A program made the translations under genes and the position numbers. From IMG/VR virus record IMGVR_UViG_3300040733_000122, positions 1-45,697 of that record: a DNA stretch of 45,697 nt; one strand, given 5' to 3'. The stretch's first letter is position 1. Every line of letters begins with the position of its first letter. This document shows positions 8,966-18,376 of this stretch, piece by piece. This stretch comes from a virus (lineage: Duplodnaviria; Caudoviricetes). The notes under the pieces are model-generated. The model worked only from the letters and a program-made list of their open reading frames with translations. It had not been told where the DNA came from and did no database searches.

Positions 8966-11484
8966 TGTATGTCTCCTATTAGTAACCAAGTATCCGTCGC
9001 CGTTTTTAATAGAGTACATGAACTATATTGTACCCTTAGCCCCAAAGCACTACCGGCGCTGTTTATCGTAACACCGGATCCGGCGGCTATTGTTGTCGTG
9101 CCTGCACCAGTCTGTGCTACTGTTACCTGAGTACCCACCGCAAACGCCACACTACTGTTAGGTGGAACTGTTAATGTATTTGCCGAAGCATTTGTCATAG
9201 TAATTATTTTACTTGCATCTGCGAGTACTAGAGTATAACTAGTGCCAGTTTGAGCATTATAGGTGGTCACTATTGTTTTATTTGTAAGAGTCTGAGTATC
9301 CGTGGTTCCCACAATAGTACCGCTTGGTGCCGCTAAAGAGGTACCCCAGGAAGAGCTTCCAGAGTATACAGCAATACCTGCTGTTGGTGGCCAGGTCATT
9401 GAGCCGCCTGAACCATTAGCCACCCATGATCTTACCCCTGCAGTAGTAGAAGATAGTACATAACCGTCCGTACCCGGATTACCGAGAGCAGCTTCTTTTA
9501 GAGCTGCAATACTATCAACCTGCCGTTGTGTATAATAATTTCCACCACTAAGTGTATCCTCCTTCATTACTGCAAGATCATCAAGCTCTAGACCTTCACC
9601 TATACGTTCATCGAGAGCAGCTTCAATGGAATCTTTCTGATGATCTAATTTCAACTTATCGGCGGCTGACATTGAACCAGCAGAAGAAGTAGACACAGGG
9701 TCAATAGTTCCGGTGATTACATTCCCGGAAAGAGTCAAACTTAGGGGAGCTGTTCCAGTTGCAGAGGTCACCCTGTAGGTATATGCTGAATTCCAATTAG
9801 TACTATTGTCAGTTATTGAAGAACCCCAGGCGGATCCTGTAGATAATGGTATGCCTGCACCAGGATAAATCATTGAACCACCCCCTTGGACTACCCAAGA
9901 TCTTACTCCTCCAATAGTAGAAGATAGTACATAACCGTCCGTACCAGGATTACCGAGAGCAGCTTCTTTTAAAGCCGCAATACTATCAACCTGCCGTTGT
10001 GTATAATAATTTCCACCACTAAGTGTATCCTCCTTCATTACTGCAAGATCATCAAGCTCTAGACCTTCACCTATACGTTCATCGAGAGCAGCTTCAATGG
10101 AATCTTTCTGATGATCTAATTTCAACTTATCGGCGGCTGACATTGAACCAGCAGAAGAAGTAGACACAGGGTCAATAGTTCCGGTGATTACATTCCCGGA
10201 AAGAGTCAAACTTAGGGGAGCTGTTCCAGTTGCAGAGGTCACCCTGTAGGTATATGCTGAATTCCAATTAGTACTATTGTCAGTTATTGAAGAACCCCAG
10301 GCGGATCCTGTAGATAATGGTATCCCTGCTCCGGGATACACCATTGAACCTCCCTCCCCTATGGTAATATCACCTGAGCCCAGCACTGATGTACCATTGA
10401 TAGTTTTAATGGTGGTCCCGGATACAAGAGTATTTTGCTTAGTTCCCAGAAGAGTGTTAGTCTGCGTCTTTGTATACCTGATCAGCATACTGTCCGAAAG
10501 GGCCGTTATCTCAGATTGAGGATGTATATGAGCCTCGGGTGTAAAAGTTGAAGGTTTCCCGGTTACTTCAGCCCAGGTAGGTGCATAAGATACGGACTTA
10601 TATAGGCCAGAGTGATCTCCCCAACTATATGCCGTATTCCAGTTTGTAGAGTTGTCAGCAATTGATGTACCCCATGCTAATCCCGTTGACACGGCTATTC
10701 CCGCTCCTGGATAAACCATTGAACCTCCCTCCCCTATGGTAATATCACCTGAGCCTATCACTGATGTACCATTGATGGTCTTAATGGTGGTTCCGGACAC
10801 AAGAGTATTTTGCTTTGTTCCCAGGAGAGTGTTGGTCTGCGTCTTGGTATACCTGACCAGCATGCTGTCCGATAAAGCCGTTACTTCAGATTGAGGATGT
10901 AAATGAGCCTCAGGTGTAAAAGTTGAAGGTTTCCCTGTTACTTCAGCCCAAGCAGGTGCGTAAGTTATGGACTTATATAGGCCAGCGTGATCTCCCCAAC
11001 CATAGGCTGTGTTCCAGTTTGCTGAATTGTCTGCAATAGTAATTCCCCATGACGTCCCATTTACAACCAAAGGAATTCCAGATCCTGATGGGTATTCCAT
11101 TGAGCCACCCTCCCCAACGGTAATATTACCTGAACCCAGGAGAGATGCCCCATTCACAGTTTTAATTGTAGTCCCTGATATCAGGGAGTCCTGCTTTCCA
11201 TTCAGTTGAGACTGTATTGTCCGGCTTGTATCCACCCCAGCCAGCATCTGGAACTCCTTCGGTTTGATGTTGGCACCATCCAAAACAGCAAGCTCTGAAG
11301 CATCGATGTTGTACAGTCGGTTGTAGTTGACCAATTTGATGGGTTCGTTAGCCTTGCGCCAGGCTGTCGGCCAACTGTCACCGGTATGGGTATTGGACCC
11401 GGTTCCCAACTTTATCTCCTGCAGCTGCCCGAATGCATTAACTACTATTACCAGGGCGATAATGAATACAATAATCCTTTTCAT
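8962..11484 (-). CDS. Tail-fibre-like repeat protein with N-terminal signal peptide
   Basis: Repeats IKTINGTSVLGSGDI, WAEVTGKPSTF and GSMSAADKLKLD; C-terminal YTLVLADA...TVPPNSSVAFAVGTQ...WLLIGD fibre-tip-like domain. Confidence 0.7.
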   Translation of the reverse strand: MKRIIVFIIALVIVVNAFGQLQEIKLGTGSNTHTGDSWPTAWRKANEPIKLVNYNRLYNIDASELAVLDGANIKPKEFQMLAGVDTSRTIQSQLNGKQDSLISGTTIKTVNGASLLGSGNITVGEGGSMEYPSGSGIPLVVNGTSWGITIADNSANWNTAYGWGDHAGLYKSITYAPAWAEVTGKPSTFTPEAHLHPQSEVTALSDSMLVRYTKTQTNTLLGTKQNTLVSGTTIKTINGTSVIGSGDITIGEGGSMVYPGAGIAVSTGLAWGTSIADNSTNWNTAYSWGDHSGLYKSVSYAPTWAEVTGKPSTFTPEAHIHPQSEITALSDSMLIRYTKTQTNTLLGTKQNTLVSGTTIKTINGTSVLGSGDITIGEGGSMVYPGAGIPLSTGSAWGSSITDNSTNWNSAYTYRVTSATGTAPLSLTLSGNVITGTIDPVSTSSAGSMSAADKLKLDHQKDSIEAALDERIGEGLELDDLAVMKEDTLSGGNYYTQRQVDSIAALKEAALGNPGTDGYVLSSTIGGVRSWVVQGGGSMIYPGAGIPLSTGSAWGSSITDNSTNWNSAYTYRVTSATGTAPLSLTLSGNVITGTIDPVSTSSAGSMSAADKLKLDHQKDSIEAALDERIGEGLELDDLAVMKEDTLSGGNYYTQRQVDSIAALKEAALGNPGTDGYVLSSTTAGVRSWVANGSGGSMTWPPTAGIAVYSGSSSWGTSLAAPSGTIVGTTDTQTLTNKTIVTTYNAQTGTSYTLVLADASKIITMTNASANTLTVPPNSSVAFAVGTQVTVAQTGAGTTTIAAGSGVTINSAGSALGLRVQYSSCTLLKTATDTWLLIGDIQ
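9430..10350. repeat. Near-identical 471-bp tandem duplication in the fibre gene
   Basis: agatagtaca at 9451 and 9922, and agataatggt at 9841 and 10312; offset 471 nt = 157 codons. Confidence 0.9.
10342..11200. repeat. More diverged ~375-bp tandem repeat in the fibre gene
   Basis: cattgaacctccctcccctatggtaatatcacctgagcc at 10342 and 10717; a partial third copy starts at about 11098. Confidence 0.85.
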
Positions 11485-11500
11485 CCTTACTTGTTTTCCA

Positions 11501-11536
11501 CAATTTTATGTCTGTTCCATCACCAAAAAAAGGACA
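11501..11536 (-). promoter_or_regulatory. Putative late promoter TGTCCTTTT-N19-TAAAATTG
   Basis: One of six copies with identical spacing; upstream of the gene starting at 11484. Confidence 0.7.
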
Positions 11537-11547
11537 GCAATCGCTTC

Positions 11548-12255
11548 CTATTTACTAGCTATATCAACAAGCACATAAGTAGCCAGTCCCGCTGTGATCG
11601 TACCCAGTACCCTGTTCCACCATGTCTTTCGCTTAACTTCCGCAGTGCTTATTGAAAGTTGTCCTCTGAGGGATGATACCTGTTGATCTGCCAGTGTATT
11701 GCTTTCTGTCAGAATGCTGTTCTGATGTTCAAGGTTTACAATCAAATCTGCCTTTCCCGAAGTCACCGTATTGCACTTATTCAGCAATTCCTTCTGCAAC
11801 CCAAGTTCATACTCCTTAAGGGTCAGTGCCGATACATCATGCCAGATCCATCTGACCTGCTCCCCGGAAAAGGGAAAACATAAATCCTCAGCGGTCGGAT
11901 ATACATTCTGAAGCTCGTTATAAGCAGTGTCATACGGTGCTTCGACCATATGAGCCAGAATGACGCTATTCTCATACTCAAGTTGTACCAGGCGTTTCTG
12001 CAGAGTAACATACCGGGCTTCCTTTAGCTGATTCCCCTGGTGGATCCTGGTGTACTCAGCCTTCAGTATCCTCAGGCTGTCAGCATACAGGTTCCTCTCA
12101 ATAGTTATCGCAGCCGTCTCTTGGGAGAAATGCGCCTCGCGGTCCTTGATCACATCAAGTTGCTTCTTTAGCACGAAGTTGTCAATCAGCGTAAAGAATA
12201 ACACTGCTGCCACTATGATCAGCAGCCCCGTCTTCCAATCAGTTCTCTTCTTCAT
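11548..12255 (-). CDS. Membrane-anchored coiled-coil protein (spanin-like)
   Basis: N- and C-terminal hydrophobic segments around a coiled coil; directly follows the endolysin. Confidence 0.5.
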   Translation of the reverse strand: MKKRTDWKTGLLIIVAAVLFFTLIDNFVLKKQLDVIKDREAHFSQETAAITIERNLYADSLRILKAEYTRIHQGNQLKEARYVTLQKRLVQLEYENSVILAHMVEAPYDTAYNELQNVYPTAEDLCFPFSGEQVRWIWHDVSALTLKEYELGLQKELLNKCNTVTSGKADLIVNLEHQNSILTESNTLADQQVSSLRGQLSISTAEVKRKTWWNRVLGTITAGLATYVLVDIASK

Positions 12256-12782
12256 CTTTTTATCTGTTGTGGATGGATAAAACCTAAAAGCACTATCCCG
12301 TTCTTTATCGGGTTGAAATTGATGACCCTTTTAATCCTGGCAACTGTATAGCCCTCACGTCCACCTGCAGGGTTTGTGTTTCCGTCGATAGTACATAGTA
12401 CTCCATTAATAGCAGTCTCGACAATAGCCATATGACCGGACCAATGTGGAGAGCCTTCTCTGTATCGTTGGAATACAGCCAATGCACCAGGTTCGGGATC
12501 CCGGTCCGCCTTCCAGTCGGCTTCCCTGGAAAAATTTCTGAATGTTTCAACTGCCGACCCTGAGAACAGATGGTTGATATCGTGCTGTATTACCGGTTCC
12601 TTAGCATAGGCTTCCATCCAGACCAGTTCACCAAAGTAGGCGCACCAGGCTTCCGATGGCTTCCAACCCCTGGCAATCATCTTCTTCTCGAAAGCTTTGT
12701 CATACCATCCCCGGTTCCCAGGCTCTTCATCCTTGCCGAGGTAGCCGATAGCAATTCTCAATATGTCTTCATTTGCCGTCAT
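12252..12782 (-). CDS. CHAP-domain endolysin
   Basis: AWCAYF (Cys), GHMAIVE (His) and TIDGNTN motifs; probable start MTANEDIL at 12782. Confidence 0.85.
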   Translation of the reverse strand: MTANEDILRIAIGYLGKDEEPGNRGWYDKAFEKKMIARGWKPSEAWCAYFGELVWMEAYAKEPVIQHDINHLFSGSAVETFRNFSREADWKADRDPEPGALAVFQRYREGSPHWSGHMAIVETAINGVLCTIDGNTNPAGGREGYTVARIKRVINFNPIKNGIVLLGFIHPQQIKR

Positions 12783-13065
12783 GGTCTTCCGGGATCTTGA
12801 GAACCGTTTTAATACATGCAATAGATCTATCATGCCGTTCAATCTTCTTTTCTGAATTTCTGAGTCTTTCATCGAAACCTTCCATGGTCTGGTTTAAGAG
12901 TTGCACAGATACATTCAATCCCGTAACCGATTCATTAAGTTTGTCCGTTGTGCGTATTGACCTGCGGAAGTAGAAACTTAGAAAGTATCCCACTATGGCG
13001 AGGAGCAATCCAATCGCGCCCATTACAATCTCAAAGAGGTGGCTAGTTGTAAGTGACAATTCCAT
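12769..13065 (-). CDS. Holin-like single-TM + coiled-coil protein
   Basis: One TM segment followed by a coiled coil, immediately upstream of the endolysin. Confidence 0.55.
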   Translation of the reverse strand: MELSLTTSHLFEIVMGAIGLLLAIVGYFLSFYFRRSIRTTDKLNESVTGLNVSVQLLNQTMEGFDERLRNSEKKIERHDRSIACIKTVLKIPEDHDGK

Positions 13066-13090
13066 AATTGCTTTCAGTAACATTATTTAC

Positions 13091-13126
13091 CAATTTTAAT
13101 CGTGTACTCATTACTAAAAAAGGACA
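13091..13126 (-). promoter_or_regulatory. Putative late promoter TGTCCTTTT-N19-TAAAATTG (lysis cassette)
   Basis: Same motif and spacing as the other five copies. Confidence 0.7.
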
Positions 13127-13128
13127 CA

Positions 13129-15588
13129 TCAGAGCGAGACCGAATCCTCAAGCTCGGTCAGTTTGTTCATTGTCCTTCGTACCCCATCTGCCTCTTTCAT
13201 GCCGAAGTAGGTACGTACACCCTCTTTCTCAAGCATATTCAGAAGCCTGAGGTTCGCTCTCATCAGAGCCTTCATCTCCGGATCCGTAAAAGCTGCTGGT
13301 ACAGTAGCGGTGCCGGGCACCTGATTGTTTCCGGCATATCCGCCGGCAGATAACCCGCCTCTTTGGACCTGCTCAAGAGCTTCTATCATCGGACCATAAA
13401 CCGGGGAACTGACCAATGCGCTGTTAGCAACCCATTCACGTTTATGAATTACACTGTCTCCAACAATACCAGCCGGTTCATATATTCCACCCCAACCGGT
13501 AAAACCTCCTGTGTAAAGGTTCTTCTTTAAACTTGATGTAATCCCCGCTAGAACTGTATTTATTATAACAGCTAAGGCCGTGCCAGTGCCTAGCCCAATA
13601 AAACCTTTTGTCCCGACTTCACGCATCATTGCCTGCGCTATATATAAATTTGCAAAATTCCTAAGGGAATCGAGAGCAAGAATTAGTAGCTGCTTAGCTG
13701 CTTGCTTAGCAGAAATCTCTCCGTCAGCAATGGCTTGTCCCAAAATTTCTCCAACTCTCGAAGCATAGTCTATGTAGAGCTGCACCTTATCAGCATACTG
13801 TTCTCTTTCTTTCTCAATAAGATCTTCTCTTTGCTTGATGATTTTATCATTGACTTCCTTGTCAACCTCAGCTCTGAATTCTGCATCCTTTATGGTATTC
13901 TCCATCCATTTGGGGCGTAACTTCTCATACGCATCATCAATATTCTTCCGGAGATCCTTAACAGATTTCTCAATGCTCTTGCGATTAAGCTTGTACAGAT
14001 TCAGGATATTGAACTTGTCATCCTTTGTGTCGTCACCACCTCCGCCACCTGAGCCTCCAGTACTGTCACCGCCACCACCTTCGGTACCTGAGCCTCCAGT
14101 ACTGTCACCGCCCATATCTAATCTCTGCATTAACGCTAAGCGTTCATCTATAAGTTTTTCCAGGATTGCTTGTTCACTCTCTATTTTTGCTTCTGCATCT
14201 TGGAGCTGTTTTTGGTAATCTTTAATATAATTCTCAAATACGCCCGTCATTTGACCAGTAACAGGGCTCATAACTTCTTTATCCAAACCGACTCCAATAT
14301 TCTGAAGATCCTGAAGCTTCTTAAGTACGGTTGATTTACTTGCTAATATTTTATTAATCTCATCTGCTCTTTTAGGATATCTTTCCATTGAGGACATAAT
14401 TTCCTTCAGAATAAAATCTTCCTTTTCTACCTTTTTAAGATTAGCCGCTGCTATCTTATTAGTCTGTTCCTCAATTTCTTCATCTTTACCCTGAAGAATT
14501 ATCTTGTTAACCAATTGCTTGTTATATTCAATTAAGGCATCACGTGTGGCAAGGGTAGCTTTTTTCTCATCATCCAGGGATTTAACAATATCCGGAGCCA
14601 GGGTCTTTAACTGTTCATATATTTCAGCTCTTCTTTCTGCTGGCGTATTAACATTATACAATTCTGTAGTCAGCTTGTTGACTGCCTTTCCTTCCGCCTG
14701 AAGTTTATCTACTGCATCAGCCTTAAAGTACTCAACCACATTTTCCTTCATGGTCCGCCACCAGCGACCAGCTTCTTTCTGTGTACGCAGGAGTTTATTA
14801 CCCTCAGTTGTATATGCGGTCTGGGCATCAACAGACTTTTTCATAATAAGCTCCAGAGTTGCCATAGCTTCTGCCTGGGCTGTAGTCGCACCTGTTTCTT
14901 CCTTCTTCTGTTTTACAAGGTCCCGATATTCCTCCGAGTCCTTGCGTATTGCAATACCGAGTTGCTTCAACTGCTCATTCTCCCCAAGCATTGCTTTGGT
15001 AAGAATAGTCGAGATCTCTGCCGCACCTATACTGCCTCCGGTCCATTCATCAAGAGCTCCCGTTAGGCTCTGTAGCTGCACTGACATCTCAGCAGCCCTT
15101 TGCCTGGCAAACCCAAGAGGGATAAGAAGGTCTGCCGTCTGAGCCGACATTGCGATAAATTCATTATTTGTCACCCCCATCCTCTTTGACAACTTCTCCG
15201 CTTTCTCTTCAACATATCCAAGTGAATCACCGAATACAATAGAAGCCCGCCTGGCATCCGATTCCATCCTCTTGCTCAAGTCGAGCATCTGCTTGCTTGT
15301 CTGTAATAATTTAAGAGCAAAAGCTGATACTGAGGCGACCGGCAGTATCCCGCCTATTTTACTCCAAAGGCCATTACTGACCTTCAGACTTTGGTTGTGA
15401 TCATCCAGTATCTGTTTAAGCCGGCGAATCTCAGCAGTCTTTTTAACATACTCCTCAGATCCCACGGTCATTCTGGCTTGTGCGTTTACAAGCGCATACA
15501 TCTCTTTTTTGATCGCGGCAATGTTGTTCTCTACCTCCTTACCGTTTATGAAGATATTGATGCTCCTGTTATATGTCTTGTCGCTCAC
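13129..15588 (-). CDS. Tape measure protein
   Basis: 819-aa helical protein, with 'LGENEQLKQLGI' and C-terminal 'YTGGFTG...IHKREWV' motifs; located after neck/chaperone genes. Confidence 0.85.
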   Translation of the reverse strand: MSDKTYNRSINIFINGKEVENNIAAIKKEMYALVNAQARMTVGSEEYVKKTAEIRRLKQILDDHNQSLKVSNGLWSKIGGILPVASVSAFALKLLQTSKQMLDLSKRMESDARRASIVFGDSLGYVEEKAEKLSKRMGVTNNEFIAMSAQTADLLIPLGFARQRAAEMSVQLQSLTGALDEWTGGSIGAAEISTILTKAMLGENEQLKQLGIAIRKDSEEYRDLVKQKKEETGATTAQAEAMATLELIMKKSVDAQTAYTTEGNKLLRTQKEAGRWWRTMKENVVEYFKADAVDKLQAEGKAVNKLTTELYNVNTPAERRAEIYEQLKTLAPDIVKSLDDEKKATLATRDALIEYNKQLVNKIILQGKDEEIEEQTNKIAAANLKKVEKEDFILKEIMSSMERYPKRADEINKILASKSTVLKKLQDLQNIGVGLDKEVMSPVTGQMTGVFENYIKDYQKQLQDAEAKIESEQAILEKLIDERLALMQRLDMGGDSTGGSGTEGGGGDSTGGSGGGGGDDTKDDKFNILNLYKLNRKSIEKSVKDLRKNIDDAYEKLRPKWMENTIKDAEFRAEVDKEVNDKIIKQREDLIEKEREQYADKVQLYIDYASRVGEILGQAIADGEISAKQAAKQLLILALDSLRNFANLYIAQAMMREVGTKGFIGLGTGTALAVIINTVLAGITSSLKKNLYTGGFTGWGGIYEPAGIVGDSVIHKREWVANSALVSSPVYGPMIEALEQVQRGGLSAGGYAGNNQVPGTATVPAAFTDPEMKALMRANLRLLNMLEKEGVRTYFGMKEADGVRRTMNKLTELEDSVSL

Positions 15589-16082
15589 TTTATTATCGTC
15601 TTATTACGATCAAACCAAATCGTGGATCTGACAGCCTGGTCTGCCCTCATATCTGCAACTAGATTAGCAAGACCTTCAAGTCCTTTGTCAATTACAGGAT
15701 TAAACCAGTCAACTGGGGATCGACTTATAGAAAGGCTACTGATCATTTTAGGTTGATACTCCCGGCCCATTTGCCTTTTTGTAGTTTTCAAATGCGATGA
15801 TACAGATCCACTCACCCTCATTACACTTCCTCCAACCATCGCGTACCCCCGGCCGACTCCTTTATGCAAGAAAACCCCATGCTGAACAAACCTATAGGAG
15901 ATCTTATCTATCTCACCATAGTACTTTCGCATACGCGCTTTGAAAGACTTCAGCAGTTCACCTTTCCCTTTACTTGTAAGCATAGATATCCTGGCTCGAA
16001 TCTGCTGGCCCATATCATAGCCATAATTCGCAACACGAGAATTGAACTCATCACTGGTTATTATTCTGGGCTCACTATCCAT
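15585..16082 (-). CDS. Putative neck/tail completion protein
   Basis: Basic protein with HGVFLHKGVGRG and WFNPVI; call rests on position. Confidence 0.5.
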   Translation of the reverse strand: MDSEPRIITSDEFNSRVANYGYDMGQQIRARISMLTSKGKGELLKSFKARMRKYYGEIDKISYRFVQHGVFLHKGVGRGYAMVGGSVMRVSGSVSSHLKTTKRQMGREYQPKMISSLSISRSPVDWFNPVIDKGLEGLANLVADMRADQAVRSTIWFDRNKTIIK

Positions 16083-16570
16083 CGGCTTTCATCGACTTTA
16101 CAGTTAACCGGACTTCCCAGGGTGAAAGAGAACCTTATGCCATACTGTCCAAACTGCTGAACCTTCAACAGGATCCCATCACTTTCATTAAGACTAAAAC
16201 CACGGAGCACAGGCACCAGTCTCGATGCTTTATCTGAACGCATCTTAACCAGGATATCATCACCAATCTTCTCCAGCTTGTCAGTTACTTCCGCGATCTT
16301 GTTAAAGTTGTTAGGATCCGGAACATGATCCAGCAACATAAAAGCCCCGTTCCGGCGCTTGATAATGTTGTCAGAATTCGAATCCTGGTAATTGAAGTCA
16401 TATCCTTCGAGGACCAGGGCAGGATACTTGATTTTTGTGCACATGCCAGTAAGGAGTTCTTCTACCTCAAACCTGTAGAAGTGCTTCTCTGTCGCAGAGT
16501 GTCTTATCTCAATATGTTCCCTGGCCAGCTTTTCAAAGTAGCTCACCAGGTCAGCGAATTCTGCTGCCAT
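16061..16570 (-). CDS. Putative tail terminator
   Basis: 'YPALVLE' motif and position between adaptor and tape measure genes. Confidence 0.45.
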   Translation of the reverse strand: MAAEFADLVSYFEKLAREHIEIRHSATEKHFYRFEVEELLTGMCTKIKYPALVLEGYDFNYQDSNSDNIIKRRNGAFMLLDHVPDPNNFNKIAEVTDKLEKIGDDILVKMRSDKASRLVPVLRGFSLNESDGILLKVQQFGQYGIRFSFTLGSPVNCKVDESRWIVSPE

Positions 16571-17297
16571 GTTTCTGGTATTCCTTTATTCTGTTATTAA
16601 GAAACCTTAGCGCCTGGGAGAGAGGCATCGCTTCCAGGTCCTTATATTTCTCAGGAGAATCTCCGCACATGATGTCAAAGACCCTTACCCATCCGCCGCT
16701 TTTTTGAGTCGGCTTCTTCTTTTTGCTGTCCGCCTTCTGGAATACATTCGAGTAGCTCTTGGCAAGCCACTCTCTGATCAGAGCATAGTTTTGAAAGATT
16801 GCAATTCTCTCTTCTCTGCTAAACCGCTTGATATAATCAGCCCTGACATCGATATCGTCATCATTGAATTCTCCATCCAGGTAATAGCAGGCAATAAACC
16901 GATCAAGGTCCTCCTGCTTCCCATTGCAATAACTCTCAAAGTACGAATCGGCGAAGATGAACTGCCCGAACGTCACCCCCTTGAGTCTTGGCTTTGGTCC
17001 TTTCAACCTTCCCAGCCTGTCAAGGATAAACCGGTCGCAGAATGTGCTGCTGTTCAGGGCCTGCATCTGTTGCACAATGCAGTACTTCTGATAATCATCC
17101 ATCCTCCTGATCAGCGATCGCTTTATTCCCAGGAAGACCCTGACAATAATATCTTCACTCTTAAGCCAGGCGTCTCGAGATAAGATAAACAGGAACTGCT
17201 GCACGGTCAACTCATTCCACCTTGATGGCATTCTTGCCTCGATGGTTCGCTGTCTACGACATAGAAATGGTTTGTATTCTATGGTAACCGGGATCAT
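16551..17297 (-). CDS. Putative tail assembly chaperone
   Basis: 'PSRWNELT' and 'TFGQFI' patterns; position. Confidence 0.45.
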   Translation of the reverse strand: MIPVTIEYKPFLCRRQRTIEARMPSRWNELTVQQFLFILSRDAWLKSEDIIVRVFLGIKRSLIRRMDDYQKYCIVQQMQALNSSTFCDRFILDRLGRLKGPKPRLKGVTFGQFIFADSYFESYCNGKQEDLDRFIACYYLDGEFNDDDIDVRADYIKRFSREERIAIFQNYALIREWLAKSYSNVFQKADSKKKKPTQKSGGWVRVFDIMCGDSPEKYKDLEAMPLSQALRFLNNRIKEYQKHGSRIR

Positions 17298-18376
17298 AAA
17301 GCAAAGAATGTCTTTTTACCTTCATTATCCCTTGAATAGACATTGCCGGTGGGGATAGTATAACCCGGAAAAGTATTTATTGTGAGCCAGTTTCTAAGCA
17401 CATTCAGGTATTGATCTCCTGCCCTTTTGTAATAATTGTAAGCCCCGTTACTATTATGGTTCCGCTCTGCAACCCTGGTCTCCGAGTCCGGGAACAGAGA
17501 GTTTCGCTGCTCGAAATAGAAGCCCTTATCGGTCAGTGTCCCTGTCGTCTTAATCAGGAGCGCTACACTCAGGAAGGCAAGAGGCTTACGTATTTGTGTC
17601 TTCAATTGCAGATACGTTTCTCCCGGTTCATCTTTGGCAAGTTCTGATATCAGGGCTGCATAGACAGTGGTCCCTAAAACAGACATTATTTCGCTGTCCA
17701 TCACCTGCTGTATGAAAGGCTGAAGCCTCAGGAAAATCAGGCGGCTATTGGAGATATCACAGATCTTGTTAAAAACCTTGGTGTCCGGGATGATGCTTTC
17801 CTGACGAAGTGTATAAGCCTCGGTGTCCTCCCAGTTTTCAAAATACTCCAGGTTATCCTCCAGGTATGTCAATATATCATCAATCCCATCCAGGCCAATC
17901 GTCCTGAAGTAATTCTGAGCTTTCTCCTCCTGGTACTTGTACAAGCCCTTCTGATACTGGCTTTCCGTACGGGTAAAACCCATATCAGACATCGAGATAT
18001 TGAGGAGATCAAATCCCAGGTAATACGCCAGGTTGATCTCGGATACCTGAACCAATTTAAGCAGCCCGGTAAGCTTGTCCTTATCAGATCCACTGCCATC
18101 TGAATCTTCAATGACTGTCTGGTCCGTGGTACCCCCCGACATGTCAACTGTCCCCTGGTCATTGTCGGTAGTAAGAGGTTCTGCCGGCCATATGGTTGGA
18201 TGAGTGTGAAATTTCTGGAGCTCATCATAAAGTGTTCTTCCAAGTACTGGCAGTATATACTTCCGTTCAGCAGCTTCAATGAAAGGCCAGAGTCTTTGAC
18301 GATCCGTTGCTGTTGACACCGGCAGGATCCCTTTTACTTCCTCCAGAAAAGTCGTATCGTTTTCAGAAAAGAACAT
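17294..18376 (-). CDS. Putative head-tail adaptor (internally duplicated domain)
   Basis: Follows the portal; two similar halves (PFIEAAERKYILPVLGRTLY / PFIQQVMDSEIMSVLGTTVY). Confidence 0.6.
   Translation of the reverse strand: MFFSENDTTFLEEVKGILPVSTATDRQRLWPFIEAAERKYILPVLGRTLYDELQKFHTHPTIWPAEPLTTDNDQGTVDMSGGTTDQTVIEDSDGSGSDKDKLTGLLKLVQVSEINLAYYLGFDLLNISMSDMGFTRTESQYQKGLYKYQEEKAQNYFRTIGLDGIDDILTYLEDNLEYFENWEDTEAYTLRQESIIPDTKVFNKICDISNSRLIFLRLQPFIQQVMDSEIMSVLGTTVYAALISELAKDEPGETYLQLKTQIRKPLAFLSVALLIKTTGTLTDKGFYFEQRNSLFPDSETRVAERNHNSNGAYNYYKRAGDQYLNVLRNWLTINTFPGYTIPTGNVYSRDNEGKKTFFAL

Noticed and set aside
1198-11484. Remote DGR variable repeat in tail/fibre genes
   Set aside because: No VLSSxLxF...VxSxLC-like segment appears in the translated tail proteins; checked by eye only, so a TR alignment scan is still needed.
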